Virus record (IMG/VR): IMGVR_UViG_3300025098_000028
DNA length: 20,000 nt
Reading direction: 5' to 3' (one strand)
DNA from: an uncultured virus (IMG/VR IMGVR_UViG_3300025098_000028)
Lineage: Duplodnaviria > Heunggongvirae > Uroviricota > Caudoviricetes
The notes under the pieces are model-generated. The model ran no database searches. It was not told where the DNA came from and saw nothing but the letters and a program-made list of their open reading frames with translations. Positions 1-7,247 of this stretch are shown piece after piece. Made by a program: the position numbers and the translations under genes. Position 1 is the first letter of the stretch, and every line of letters starts with the position of its first letter.

Positions 1-16
1 GCCGAATTTGTGGATA

Positions 17-157
17 TTATATCCAACCTCTTAAAGAGGCTTTAAACTCATAATAAGCATCCCAAGATATGTAACACTTACAAGTTGGACACTCAAAACT
101 TTCATTCAATCCATTAGATACCATAGGCTCATCACAATCATCACACCATGCCGACAT
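17..157 (-). CDS. Small zinc-ribbon protein, 46 aa (not in ORF track)
   Basis: Manual translation MSAWCDDCDEPMVSNGLNESFECPTCKCYISWDAYYEFKASLRGWI* with CxxC...CxxC. Upstream GCAACCTTAT motif at the same distance as for the ATG at 2243. Confidence 0.7.
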   Translation of the reverse strand: MSAWCDDCDEPMVSNGLNESFECPTCKCYISWDAYYEFKASLRGWI

Positions 158-182
158 GGTAATACTCTAATAGAAAGTATAA

Positions 183-234
183 GGTTGCTTAATGCGAAAC
201 AAAGTTTCAAGCAACCATATGGTTGTAGACTTTG
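183..234. repeat. Hairpin-palindrome element copy 1
   Basis: Stem GGTTGCTT(183-190)/AAGCAACC(209-216) encloses GAAAC-AAA-GTTTC; core ACCATATGGT at 214-223; CTTTG at 230-234. Confidence 0.9.
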
Positions 235-545
235 GTAATGAAATGTAAACCCTATCCCCATGCAAAACTCCGGCTACTCGTTCAAAGCAAGTGAACACGC
301 TGATACTTGGTAGGTTTGATGAGAGGTCACTAATTAACTAGTATTTAGATAACTTCAATCTCTTTCCATATCCTTCCGAATTACATTTTGAACTTTGACT
401 TTCGCCTTCGTTTCACAATGGGGTTATGGCCACTAATAGCCATTGGAATAGGAGGGTTGTTCAACTAACATATAATATCGCTATATGCTCACCCCCGCAC
501 TACCTCTAGTGAAGGTATTGGTATTCGTCGAACTACCCGTGACAA

Positions 546-836
546 TTATTCTTCTTCATCTTTATTCCAAAAGACAAATACTTCTTGTCTGTATAAATTG
601 AAATCTACATATTCTTGAATCTCAATTTCATTAGTGTTAAAATTCATGGTTTTAATTTCGTCTTCTTCCCAAGCCATGCTATCCCAAAACAGAACCATAT
701 TGGATGCTGTATCGAATCCTATGGTCATTTTTTTAGCAATAGTTCCATCGGAATAAACAGTGGTTCCAAAACGGGTTTCTGAATTTACTACTCCTTGTTC
801 ATTGGTTGTTGGTAATTTATCATCCATATCAATCAC
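546..836 (-). CDS. Hypothetical protein
   Basis: 96 aa ORF, start overlaps the stop of the upstream 833-1048 gene; acidic C-terminus KDEEE. Confidence 0.65.
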   Translation of the reverse strand: MIDMDDKLPTTNEQGVVNSETRFGTTVYSDGTIAKKMTIGFDTASNMVLFWDSMAWEEDEIKTMNFNTNEIEIQEYVDFNLYRQEVFVFWNKDEEE

Positions 837-1048
837 AACTCATTATTTTGAATAATAGTAGTAACTACCCTTTCACCGTCTAAAACTTTGTTCAATGCGC
901 TAAGGCTAATTCTTAATGCAACATATGTTTGACCATCCGAGGTTGTGTATTTTCTACACTCTTCAAACGCATCAACATTAACTGATACTTTGATTTCACT
1001 ACCTGCATTACTTCTTCTAACATATCCAACCAATCTACTTTGATTCAT
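833..1048 (-). CDS. Hypothetical beta-rich small protein (probable start MNQSRLVGYVRRS)
   Basis: ORF 833-1087; the internal ATG at 1048 is 48 nt from element copy 2, matching the spacing of neighbouring genes. Confidence 0.7.
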   Translation of the reverse strand: MNQSRLVGYVRRSNAGSEIKVSVNVDAFEECRKYTTSDGQTYVALRISLSALNKVLDGERVVTTIIQNNEL

Positions 1049-1073
1049 GTCTAAATAATATGATTTAGGATTA

Positions 1074-1126
1074 GGGTTCGGCCTCAAAGATGCCTTACCA
1101 TATGGGTGATACTTTGATAATAGCCC
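1074..1126. repeat. Hairpin-palindrome element copy 2
   Basis: GGC-C-TC-AAA-GA-T-GCC arm, core ACCATATGGG at 1097-1106, then TGATA-CTTTG. Confidence 0.85.
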
Positions 1127-1137
1127 CGAAGGGCGGC

Positions 1138-1503
1138 CTATAGGCCAACTTCATGATATCCGTATAAGTCGAATATTTCTTCCATTACATATCTGCCAGT
1201 GTCTCGGTCATAGTGTTTTAGGGCAAAATAAATTTGACCATCACAATCACTATTATGATTCATAGCGAATTCTGCTGCAATTTTCAATACCGAAGTCAGT
1301 GCTTGAGACAATCCAGTAACATAAATATAAATTGTATTATCAGGATTCCAAACCATTTCTAAAAATTCTCTAGCCTGTTTTTCTAGAGTTTCAAAATCAT
1401 TTGGATTTTCAATAGGTTCGTCGAATATGAATAATTCGATTTTTTGTCCTTTGTCCTCAATTTCATGTCTTCCTTTGCACAATCCTGCTCTTACTACTAC
1501 CAT
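1138..1503 (-). CDS. Small Rossmann-like protein (GRH...YVTGL...HYDR motifs); possibly CARF/SAVED/Csx3-like
   Basis: 121 aa ORF. Strand-Gly-helix motif IYIYVTGLSQALTSV and C-terminal LKHYDRDTGRY. Fold assignment is tentative. Confidence 0.6.
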   Translation of the reverse strand: MVVVRAGLCKGRHEIEDKGQKIELFIFDEPIENPNDFETLEKQAREFLEMVWNPDNTIYIYVTGLSQALTSVLKIAAEFAMNHNSDCDGQIYFALKHYDRDTGRYVMEEIFDLYGYHEVGL

Positions 1504-1531
1504 GTTTAATATATTTTAATCAAAATATATG

Positions 1532-1582
1532 TGGTATTCTCAAAGATACTACCATATGGTAACGCTTACTTTGGGCGTTACC
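1532..1582. repeat. Hairpin-palindrome element copy 3
   Basis: TGGTA/TACCA arm around TC-AAA-GA; core at 1551-1560; GGTAACGC(1558-1565)/GCGTTACC(1575-1582) arm around CTTTG. Confidence 0.9.
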
Positions 1583-1586
1583 TCAT

Positions 1587-1641
1587 AAAAAAAACGGGGA
1601 GGGGCAGATGCTAGAGAAAACAAAATTCTAACATCTACCCC
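1587..1641 (-). terminator. 15-bp RNA stem with U-rich loop followed by an oligo-U tract
   Basis: Minus strand GGGGUAGAUGUUAGA/UCUAGCAUCUGCCCC is fully paired with two G-U; T8 run at 1587-1594; lies downstream of the 1677 gene. Confidence 0.65.
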
Positions 1642-1676
1642 ATGAATATGGCGACTCAAGGGCTAAAACTTGAGCC

Positions 1677-2192
1677 TCACTCTTCTTCTAAACCTCCGTC
1701 TGCTTTAACTGCTGTGGGGGTTATTTGTGGAACACCGTTCTTATTAGCGGTAACTCCATCCCATCTACCTTCCTTGATGGATTTCATCATATAGGAATTA
1801 GCGGCTTTTTTGTAGTTATTTGTTAGAGAATCATAGTCGGAGTATGTTCCGCCAGTTCTTCCGTGTGGCACAATTACAGTTAGTAAAGTTTCGTGGTATT
1901 CAGTAGGGATTGCCGCAAAAGCATTCGCGACAGCCATGTTCACATTGTCCACAACCATTTGCTGTTCTTCTGTTAGATTGCTCTCTCGGCCACGACGGGC
2001 GGTTGGAAAACCATCTTTTGTAGAACCAATTGAACGGATAGCCGTCCAATATGTGCTTCTTAATTCATCGCTACTAGCGTTATCCCCAAGTGTAAGGGAT
2101 AGCATAATTGCTTGTACCTCATCACATGGGTCTTGGGATTCAGCCCAAGTCCTGACCTTATTTGTATTCATTATCCAATTTGCTTGCTTCAT
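1677..2192 (-). CDS. Hypothetical protein, paralog of 3810-4280 (start 2192 with AGGTGA SD; alternative ATG at 2243)
   Basis: Shares L-x-L-x-x-G-x-N, DG-x-P-x(2-3)-RG, H-x(3-4)-GG-x-Y and K-x-G-x-WDG with the 3810 protein. Confidence 0.75.
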   Translation of the reverse strand: MKQANWIMNTNKVRTWAESQDPCDEVQAIMLSLTLGDNASSDELRSTYWTAIRSIGSTKDGFPTARRGRESNLTEEQQMVVDNVNMAVANAFAAIPTEYHETLLTVIVPHGRTGGTYSDYDSLTNNYKKAANSYMMKSIKEGRWDGVTANKNGVPQITPTAVKADGGLEEE

Positions 2193-2268
2193 AATTTTCA
2201 CCTTTTTAGATTGGTTTGACTCCGGTTTAGCCCTTGAAGTCATTATAATCTGCTGTATTCGGAAATAA

Positions 2269-2323
2269 GGTTGCGAACAAAGACACGCAACCATATGGTA
2301 AGGTAGTCTTTGACTACAGTACC
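2269..2323. repeat. Hairpin-palindrome element copy 4
   Basis: GGTTGCG/CGCAACC arm around CAAAG; core at 2290-2299; perfect hairpin GTAGTC-TTT-GACTAC at 2303-2317. Confidence 0.9.
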
Positions 2324-2365
2324 CTAATAGGAAATTAATTATATTAATCAAATGGTGAGGATAGA

Positions 2366-2512
2366 ATGACCACATATAAAATAATAAGATTTAGATTTGG
2401 AAGAGAAACGCAAACAATAAAAACGGGCTTAACACTAGAAGAAGCGCAAGCCCATTGTCAAGATGATGAAACAAGAGGAGATGGTTGGTTTGACGGTTAC
2501 ACTGAAGAATAA
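2366..2512 (+). CDS. Small viral protein, 48 aa (not in ORF track)
   Basis: MTTYKIIRFRFGRETQTIKTGLTLEEAQAHCQDDETRGDGWFDGYTEE*; strong SD GGTGAGG. Resembles a recurrent small phage family (GLTLEEAQAHC...WFDGY). Confidence 0.8.
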   Translation: MTTYKIIRFRFGRETQTIKTGLTLEEAQAHCQDDETRGDGWFDGYTEE

Positions 2513-2605
2513 ACTCATTAACATTGTATCGCTTGAATGTGCTAGAACTGACCACAGGCACAATTTGAAACATTGTAAGATTTGCATGAAAAAGAGGGAA
2601 AAGAA

Positions 2606-2851
2606 ATGACTAGAGATGACGAAATCCATTGGGAGGAGGAAATAGGAACAAAAAGGTGTGAAAACTGTATACAACACATTGGTAAATATGACGGATGGCA
2701 ACCGCATATTAGAGTATATACCGAGAAATACAGAAACACGGCAAACCCCTTGACTGATTTTAAAGATATATGCGTTACTTGTCATGATAGACCTAGTGAC
2801 ATGAAACCACTAGGGAGAAAGAGAACATTATTTGATGATTTATTTGGGTAA
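2606..2851 (+). CDS. Small CxxC...CxxCH zinc-binding protein (HNH-like cysteine pattern)
   Basis: ATG at 2606 after GAGGG; motifs CENC and CVTCH. Confidence 0.65.
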   Translation: MTRDDEIHWEEEIGTKRCENCIQHIGKYDGWQPHIRVYTEKYRNTANPLTDFKDICVTCHDRPSDMKPLGRKRTLFDDLFG

Positions 2852-2902
2852 ATCCCACATCCTCCGCTTGTCCTAACAAGTAAAAAAATAGGGTGGCTTT
2901 AG

Positions 2903-2959
2903 GGTCACTCCGTTTCATCCACAAAGTTTCATGACCATATGGTTGGGCTTTGGCCAACC
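2903..2959. repeat. Hairpin-palindrome element copy 5
   Basis: GGTCA/TGACC arm; core at 2934-2943; GGTTGG-G-CTTTG-G-CCAACC arm. Confidence 0.9.
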
Positions 2960-2989
2960 TAGTATTCATTATAAAATAATACAAGTTGT

Positions 2990-3220
2990 ATGGCGTTTTG
3001 TAGTTGCGGTATTTGTAGAGCGAAGTTTAATGGTGATAAGGCTCATCATTATTCGGATAATGAGGGTTTAGACCATCACCCTAAATGTAATCACATTTTG
3101 GAAAAAGAAATCCATAGAGAACAATACTATGACGAAGAATTACAAGATATAGTTATTTTGTATGAATGGTATTATTGCACCTGTGACGAAGAATACGCTA
3201 AAGAGGAGGAAGAAGAATAG
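2990..3220 (+). CDS. Cys/His-rich small protein
   Basis: 76 aa ORF with CSCGIC...CTC; starts 46 nt after the copy 5 core. Confidence 0.7.
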   Translation: MAFCSCGICRAKFNGDKAHHYSDNEGLDHHPKCNHILEKEIHREQYYDEELQDIVILYEWYYCTCDEEYAKEEEEE

Positions 3221-3227
3221 GCCGTGA

Positions 3228-3275
3228 GGCCACTAACCGCAAAGTTTCATGACCATATGGTTGTAAAAGTGCAAC
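3228..3275. repeat. Hairpin-palindrome element copy 6 (right arm degenerate)
   Basis: CAAAGTTTCATGACCATATGGTTG (3240-3263) is identical to 2922-2945; right arm GTTGTA/TGCAAC lacks CTTTG. Confidence 0.85.
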
Positions 3276-3376
3276 AAATCATTATTACAACACTATCAAT
3301 CAAACATGAATAGGTACTGACTTACATAACCCACTACAAACCCTTATTCTATGAGTCCTTTCCAATTGGCCTAATG

Positions 3377-3750
3377 AATATTAATATATTAATATAATAG
3401 AGTAGAACCTTCGAGTCGTCTCATGAGTTAGAAAAGTGAGATGAGACAACGAAGAGAAGAAACTAGAGGGTTGTGTAACACATCTATTATATTATATCAT
3501 ACTATCTCATTATCTCATTATCTCATAATAATAATGATGATGAGAGAGAGTGAGTGAAAAATACCCTATGAGGTATATATTAGGATTCGATGAGACGAGA
3601 TGAGACAACCCAAAAGTGCAGGTTTGGGGTAGTTTCTTTAAAGTTGTGTTACATAAGTCATTGTCTCATCATGAGATAACTCATGAGAATACCAAAGGGT
3701 CGTTTGACAGGGCGATTCTATTATGGAGATTAAATTCTAATATATTAATA
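3377..3750. repeat. ATGAG/CTCAT iteron-like repeat field flanked by AT-only tracts; candidate replication origin
   Basis: GAGATGAGACAAC at 3438-3450 and 3597-3609; inverted TTGTCTCATC at 3661; CTCATGAGTTA (3420) vs TAACTCATGAG (3677); tandem TATCTCAT x3 near 3503-3526; no long ORF. Confidence 0.6.
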
Positions 3751-3771
3751 CTTGAGCGAAAAAGAATTAAT

Positions 3772-3788
3772 TAGACTCCTTTAAATAT
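3772..3788 (+). promoter_or_regulatory. Archaeal-type promoter (BRE-like + TATA) TAGACTCCTTTAAATAT
   Basis: Exact 17-mer repeated at 8881-8897; TTTAAATA lies about 22 nt before ATG 3810 (leaderless spacing). Confidence 0.7.
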
Positions 3789-3809
3789 GAAATAATTTAT
3801 GGTTAATAC

Positions 3810-4280
3810 ATGATTGATGAAGTCGAATGGCAAAGTATGGTAATAGAAGTTAATGATTATTTGAAGGCAGACCCCACATTAAATGATGGTTTGAAGCAGG
3901 TAATCCAACTTAATTTACAAATAGGGAACAATAATCCCGATGAAAGAATAGCGGCAAAGGGTGCATTGAAGGCTCTATTGAAAGGAAGAGATGGAACTCC
4001 CTTTAAGCGAGGGCAGAAATCTAGTGTTCCTGCCACAGTTAGAGTATCTATTGATAAGGCAATTTCTATTATAGAAATAGAGTCACTTAATTATTACAAT
4101 TCACACCCAATAATGTCAAAGGTTCTTCGTAAGCATATTAAATCCGGTGGAGGAGATTATGCCAATGGAGAAGAATATGCCCACATTGTAGGTAAGAGGA
4201 TGAGAAATGCACTTGCTAAAAGATACAAGGATGGAGATTGGGATGGGAATTACGACTCTCTACTAACTACGACAGAATGA
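3810..4280 (+). CDS. Hypothetical protein, paralog of 1677-2192
   Basis: 156 aa ORF with motifs colinear with the 1677 protein. Confidence 0.8.
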   Translation: MIDEVEWQSMVIEVNDYLKADPTLNDGLKQVIQLNLQIGNNNPDERIAAKGALKALLKGRDGTPFKRGQKSSVPATVRVSIDKAISIIEIESLNYYNSHPIMSKVLRKHIKSGGGDYANGEEYAHIVGKRMRNALAKRYKDGDWDGNYDSLLTTTE

Positions 4281-4300
4281 TGGTGGTGCGTCATTCACTA

Positions 4301-4375
4301 GTGGGATATTAGGGTGTTTTCTTTTCTCTTTTTTTTAGGTACTTGCGTGTTTTCGATAATGCCCTAATATCTCAC
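4301..4375 (+). terminator. 18-bp RNA stem enclosing a U-rich loop
   Basis: GUGGGAUAUUAGGGUGUU/AAUGCCCUAAUAUCUCAC is fully paired with G-U on the + strand; the loop contains an oligo-U tract. Confidence 0.6.
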
Positions 4376-4393
4376 ACCCCCTTGGTGATTAAT

Positions 4394-4909
4394 ATGAATA
4401 AAGTACCTCAAAATGAAGCACACTTACACGACTCTATCATGAAGTATATTTTTGAAAGAATAGATAAGGAGATTAATGCTCCTTGTCATCAATGGATTGG
4501 GCCAACTAGTACCTCTCTTAAATTACCCTCACCAAGAGCAAAGAAGTTTGTTAATGGATATAGAAATAGTTTCATGCCACATATTGTCATGTACAATTAT
4601 CACAACTATCCTAATAAAAAAAGTCCGATAGATTGGAATAAGGGCAAAGGTCAAGAAATAAGAAGAAAATGTAATAATCTAATGTGCGTAAACATTGATT
4701 GTTTAGTTTTAGGGGATAGAAGTAAAACCATTCAAGCCACAATAAATAGGGGAAAGACGGCCATCGGGAATGACTACGGTGTTAAGTATGATGCTGATAT
4801 AATTAGGGCTGACCATCAAGCAGGACTTTCCTATCGAGATATTATGAAAAAGTACAATATACCCAGTAAAGGAACAATATCCTACATTATAAATAAAGCA
4901 AAAAGGTGA
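4394..4909 (+). CDS. HNH-family (Zn-binding loop) protein with C-terminal HTH, catalytically degenerate
   Basis: RRKCNNLMCVNIDCL vs canonical xHxCxNxxCVNPxHL; C-terminal GLSYRDIMKKYNIPSKGTISYII HTH; ATG 4394 after GGTGA. Confidence 0.7.
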   Translation: MNKVPQNEAHLHDSIMKYIFERIDKEINAPCHQWIGPTSTSLKLPSPRAKKFVNGYRNSFMPHIVMYNYHNYPNKKSPIDWNKGKGQEIRRKCNNLMCVNIDCLVLGDRSKTIQATINRGKTAIGNDYGVKYDADIIRADHQAGLSYRDIMKKYNIPSKGTISYIINKAKR

Positions 4910-4913
4910 TATT

Positions 4914-5162
4914 ATGAGATTAATAGAAGAAGTATATATCAAGGCAGAAAAAGACGAAATATGCCAAAAATGCGGTGTAGATATACTGGAAGGCAGTAAT
5001 TTTCTAATGGAAAGTTACATCCATAAAGGCAAATTATTATCTAACACTTATTGCTTGGCAAAGAAATGTAATCCTCCGAACAATGTTAGGTTAAGGTTGT
5101 TTTGGGGAACAATTATCGTAAGCATAAGTGCTTGGATTATTTACGGCATATACTTTAGATGA
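4914..5162 (+). CDS. Zinc-finger protein with C-terminal transmembrane helix
   Basis: CQKC...CLAKKC followed by hydrophobic LFWGTIIVSISAWIIYGIYF. Confidence 0.7.
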   Translation: MRLIEEVYIKAEKDEICQKCGVDILEGSNFLMESYIHKGKLLSNTYCLAKKCNPPNNVRLRLFWGTIIVSISAWIIYGIYFR

Positions 5163-5214
5163 TTCTCATTTAACTCTATAGATGCTCGATGACCCTGTGT
5201 CCACCCTTATATAC

Positions 5215-5419
5215 GGATGCGGCAGGTTAGGTTGTATCAAGTGGTCGAGGTTTGCACAAACAAACATGCAAACAACAAAGTTATGAAATAATTAATCTCT
5301 ATAGAGATAAATGATACGCAATATCCATGAGGGATAGCGAGCCAATGGCGACTCACAGAAGTAAATTTCGGTTAGTTCTCACCACTCTTTCATAATAATC
5401 TAACCGTGTGGCCGCATCC
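5215..5419. ncRNA. Candidate structured non-coding RNA (~205 nt)
   Basis: Nested long-range pairings 5215-5223/5411-5419, 5225-5230/5400-5405 and 5240-5245/5381-5386, plus internal hairpins. Confidence 0.55.
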
Positions 5420-5458
5420 CTCACCTATTCAATAAAGAGTAAAAATAAAGGTGAGAAC

Positions 5459-5620
5459 ATGACACATGAAAAATATGAATATAATAGCAAGAGCCATATG
5501 ATTATGGATTTAATGAAACATGAAGAATTGATGGAACTTCTTGGAGAGTTAATTCAACTTGACAAGACAGGACTCGTTGATGAAATAATTGATGATTTGG
5601 CATATGACTTAGAAAGGTGA
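5459..5620 (+). CDS. Small acidic hypothetical protein
   Basis: ATG 5459 after AAGGTGAG; stop overlaps the next start. Confidence 0.65.
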   Translation: MTHEKYEYNSKSHMIMDLMKHEELMELLGELIQLDKTGLVDEIIDDLAYDLER

Positions 5621-6909
5621 TGAAAATGAGAGAACTAGGAAATGGACATTGGGATAAAGCACTAATGAGAAACATGGTGCATTTATCTACAGCAAATAAC
5701 TATGAAGAAGCAAAAGATGAATGGCTAGCAACAGGTAATGTTTGGTGGGTCGGTAATGGCGAAACACCCGATTGGGTTGCTAATACAAACCACCAAGCAA
5801 AGTGCCTATGTGGTCATAATATCGTTTATCATTTTGAGATTCTAAATACTACAAATGGTGTAAGAGAATGTGTCGGTAGCGACCACATTAACTCCTATCT
5901 AATTATGAGACAAATTGCTCAAGAAAAGGGAATTGATATTTCCACAATTACTGAACAAGAAGTTGAAGATTGGAAAAAGAAAAGAGTTGGTTCTATGAAG
6001 GCTGAAGCATGGTGGAAAGAAAACGGAACTTCTTTCGATATGATGTTTGAAAAGGTCAAAGAAATTGATGTTTGGTTTAATGCTAGAATTAAATCTAGAT
6101 GGTATAATTCAAAATTAAGGCTAATGGAAGAAACTAGAGAACTAAGAAAAAGAGCAGAAGGTACTTATGGCAACCCTGATTACCATATGGCTTCTGTCGT
6201 TTGGAGATGGAATAGCGAAAATAATCCAAAGGCTCAATTTAGAACAAGAGGCTATCCTAATGATAGACTGATGCAGGATTTAGCATTATTATTTATCAAA
6301 TCCGAGCCGCTAATTAAAGAACTAGAAGCAATTAAACTTACTAAGAAATTAGCAGAAGAAGCCTATGAAGAAAGAGTAAGAATTCAACAAGAACAAAGAC
6401 AGGCTAGAATAGAATCAAGAAGGGCTAGAGAAGCAGAAGAACAAAGAATTTGGAATCTACCGGAAAATGTAGAAAAAAGAAGACTAGCAGATGAAGAACG
6501 CCAAAGACAAAGAGAGATATATCGTGCTGAACAGGCTAGAAAGGCAGAAGAATTTAGACTTAGCAAATTAAAAGAAAGAAAAGCAACCTTTGCTTTAAAG
6601 AGTGAAGTCTTTGAAGATAGTTGCGATTACTATGGAATACCTGTCTATGATGAAACTTATGCACAAAACGATTGGTCTTTTGAGTTTTTAGCAGACATCA
6701 AAAAACAAATGATTAGCGGTAGGGGTTTGAGTGATAATCAATTAAATAGCCTAAGAAATATCCTCGAACCCGCTACATCAAAGCAAATAACATTTTTGCG
6801 TGATTTGGCTTATGAAGGCTCTATAGAAAACCTCACTAAAGGACAGGCAGGTTATTTAATTAATAAACATAAATATCCCGAAAGTGAGAGGCATTCCGAT
6901 GATAATTGA
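5620..6909 (+). CDS. Viral protein with CxCG-H...VGxxH/C metal-binding domain, coiled coil and C-terminal ATxKQ helical motif
   Basis: KCLCGHNIVYHFEILNTTNGVRECVGSDHI; E/R/Q-rich coil; PATSKQITFLRDL...LTKGQAGYLI. Confidence 0.8.
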   Translation: MKMRELGNGHWDKALMRNMVHLSTANNYEEAKDEWLATGNVWWVGNGETPDWVANTNHQAKCLCGHNIVYHFEILNTTNGVRECVGSDHINSYLIMRQIAQEKGIDISTITEQEVEDWKKKRVGSMKAEAWWKENGTSFDMMFEKVKEIDVWFNARIKSRWYNSKLRLMEETRELRKRAEGTYGNPDYHMASVVWRWNSENNPKAQFRTRGYPNDRLMQDLALLFIKSEPLIKELEAIKLTKKLAEEAYEERVRIQQEQRQARIESRRAREAEEQRIWNLPENVEKRRLADEERQRQREIYRAEQARKAEEFRLSKLKERKATFALKSEVFEDSCDYYGIPVYDETYAQNDWSFEFLADIKKQMISGRGLSDNQLNSLRNILEPATSKQITFLRDLAYEGSIENLTKGQAGYLINKHKYPESERHSDDN

Positions 6910-7147
6910 CTGGATTAAACGGTTCTTTGTCACGGAAAAAAAAATAAAAAGTCCTAAGTGCAATATTTGTGGCTTAGGCGCAAAGTTCCATATGTTAGTT
7001 GAATTTCAAACAATGGAACTGGTAGAAATTGAAAATAAAATATTAATAAAAATATGTGGTGAATGTTATGAAGAAGTATATGAAAGATATAATCCCGAAA
7101 GAACACCACCGACAATACAAGTCGGGGTATTTGAATCGAGATTGTAA
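6899..7147 (+). CDS. Zinc-finger protein
   Basis: CNICG...CGECY; ATG 6899 overlaps the end of the upstream gene. Confidence 0.7.
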   Translation: MIIDWIKRFFVTEKKIKSPKCNICGLGAKFHMLVEFQTMELVEIENKILIKICGECYEEVYERYNPERTPPTIQVGVFESRL

Positions 7148-7247
7148 ACATGAAGAAAGAAGAATAAAAATATGTAAGCAATTAATTACTAAGGGTGTTA
7201 AGCACTATAAAGCATATGAAATCTCTCTAAGGAGGATGGAAATATGA
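7056..7247 (+). CDS. Small basic hypothetical protein (start uncertain)
   Basis: Fills the gap between neighbours; stop overlaps the next ATG (ATGA). Confidence 0.45.
   Translation: MVNVMKKYMKDIIPKEHHRQYKSGYLNRDCKHEERRIKICKQLITKGVKHYKAYEISLRRMEI

Noticed and set aside
2244..2375. N-terminal extension of the 232 aa ORF in the track
   Set aside because: It runs through element copy 4 and overlaps the SD of the 2366 gene; similarity to the paralog begins only at about 2192.
1936..2984. ORFs 1936-2268(+), 2391-2573(-), 2435-2785(-), 2542-2739(-), 2793-2984(-)
   Set aside because: Antisense shadows of better-supported genes or running across repeat elements, with atypical composition and no SD.
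183..3275. CRISPR array interpretation of the repeated palindromes
   Set aside because: Spacing is 300-900 bp and irregular, with whole genes between copies; only a 10-bp core is conserved; no cas genes in the window.
5163..5458. tRNA gene in the intergenic gap
   Set aside because: No cloverleaf or T-loop GTTCRA consensus found.
6182..6191. ACCATATGGC as a seventh element copy
   Set aside because: Lies inside a CDS and lacks the CAAAG/CTTTG hairpin arms; probably chance.
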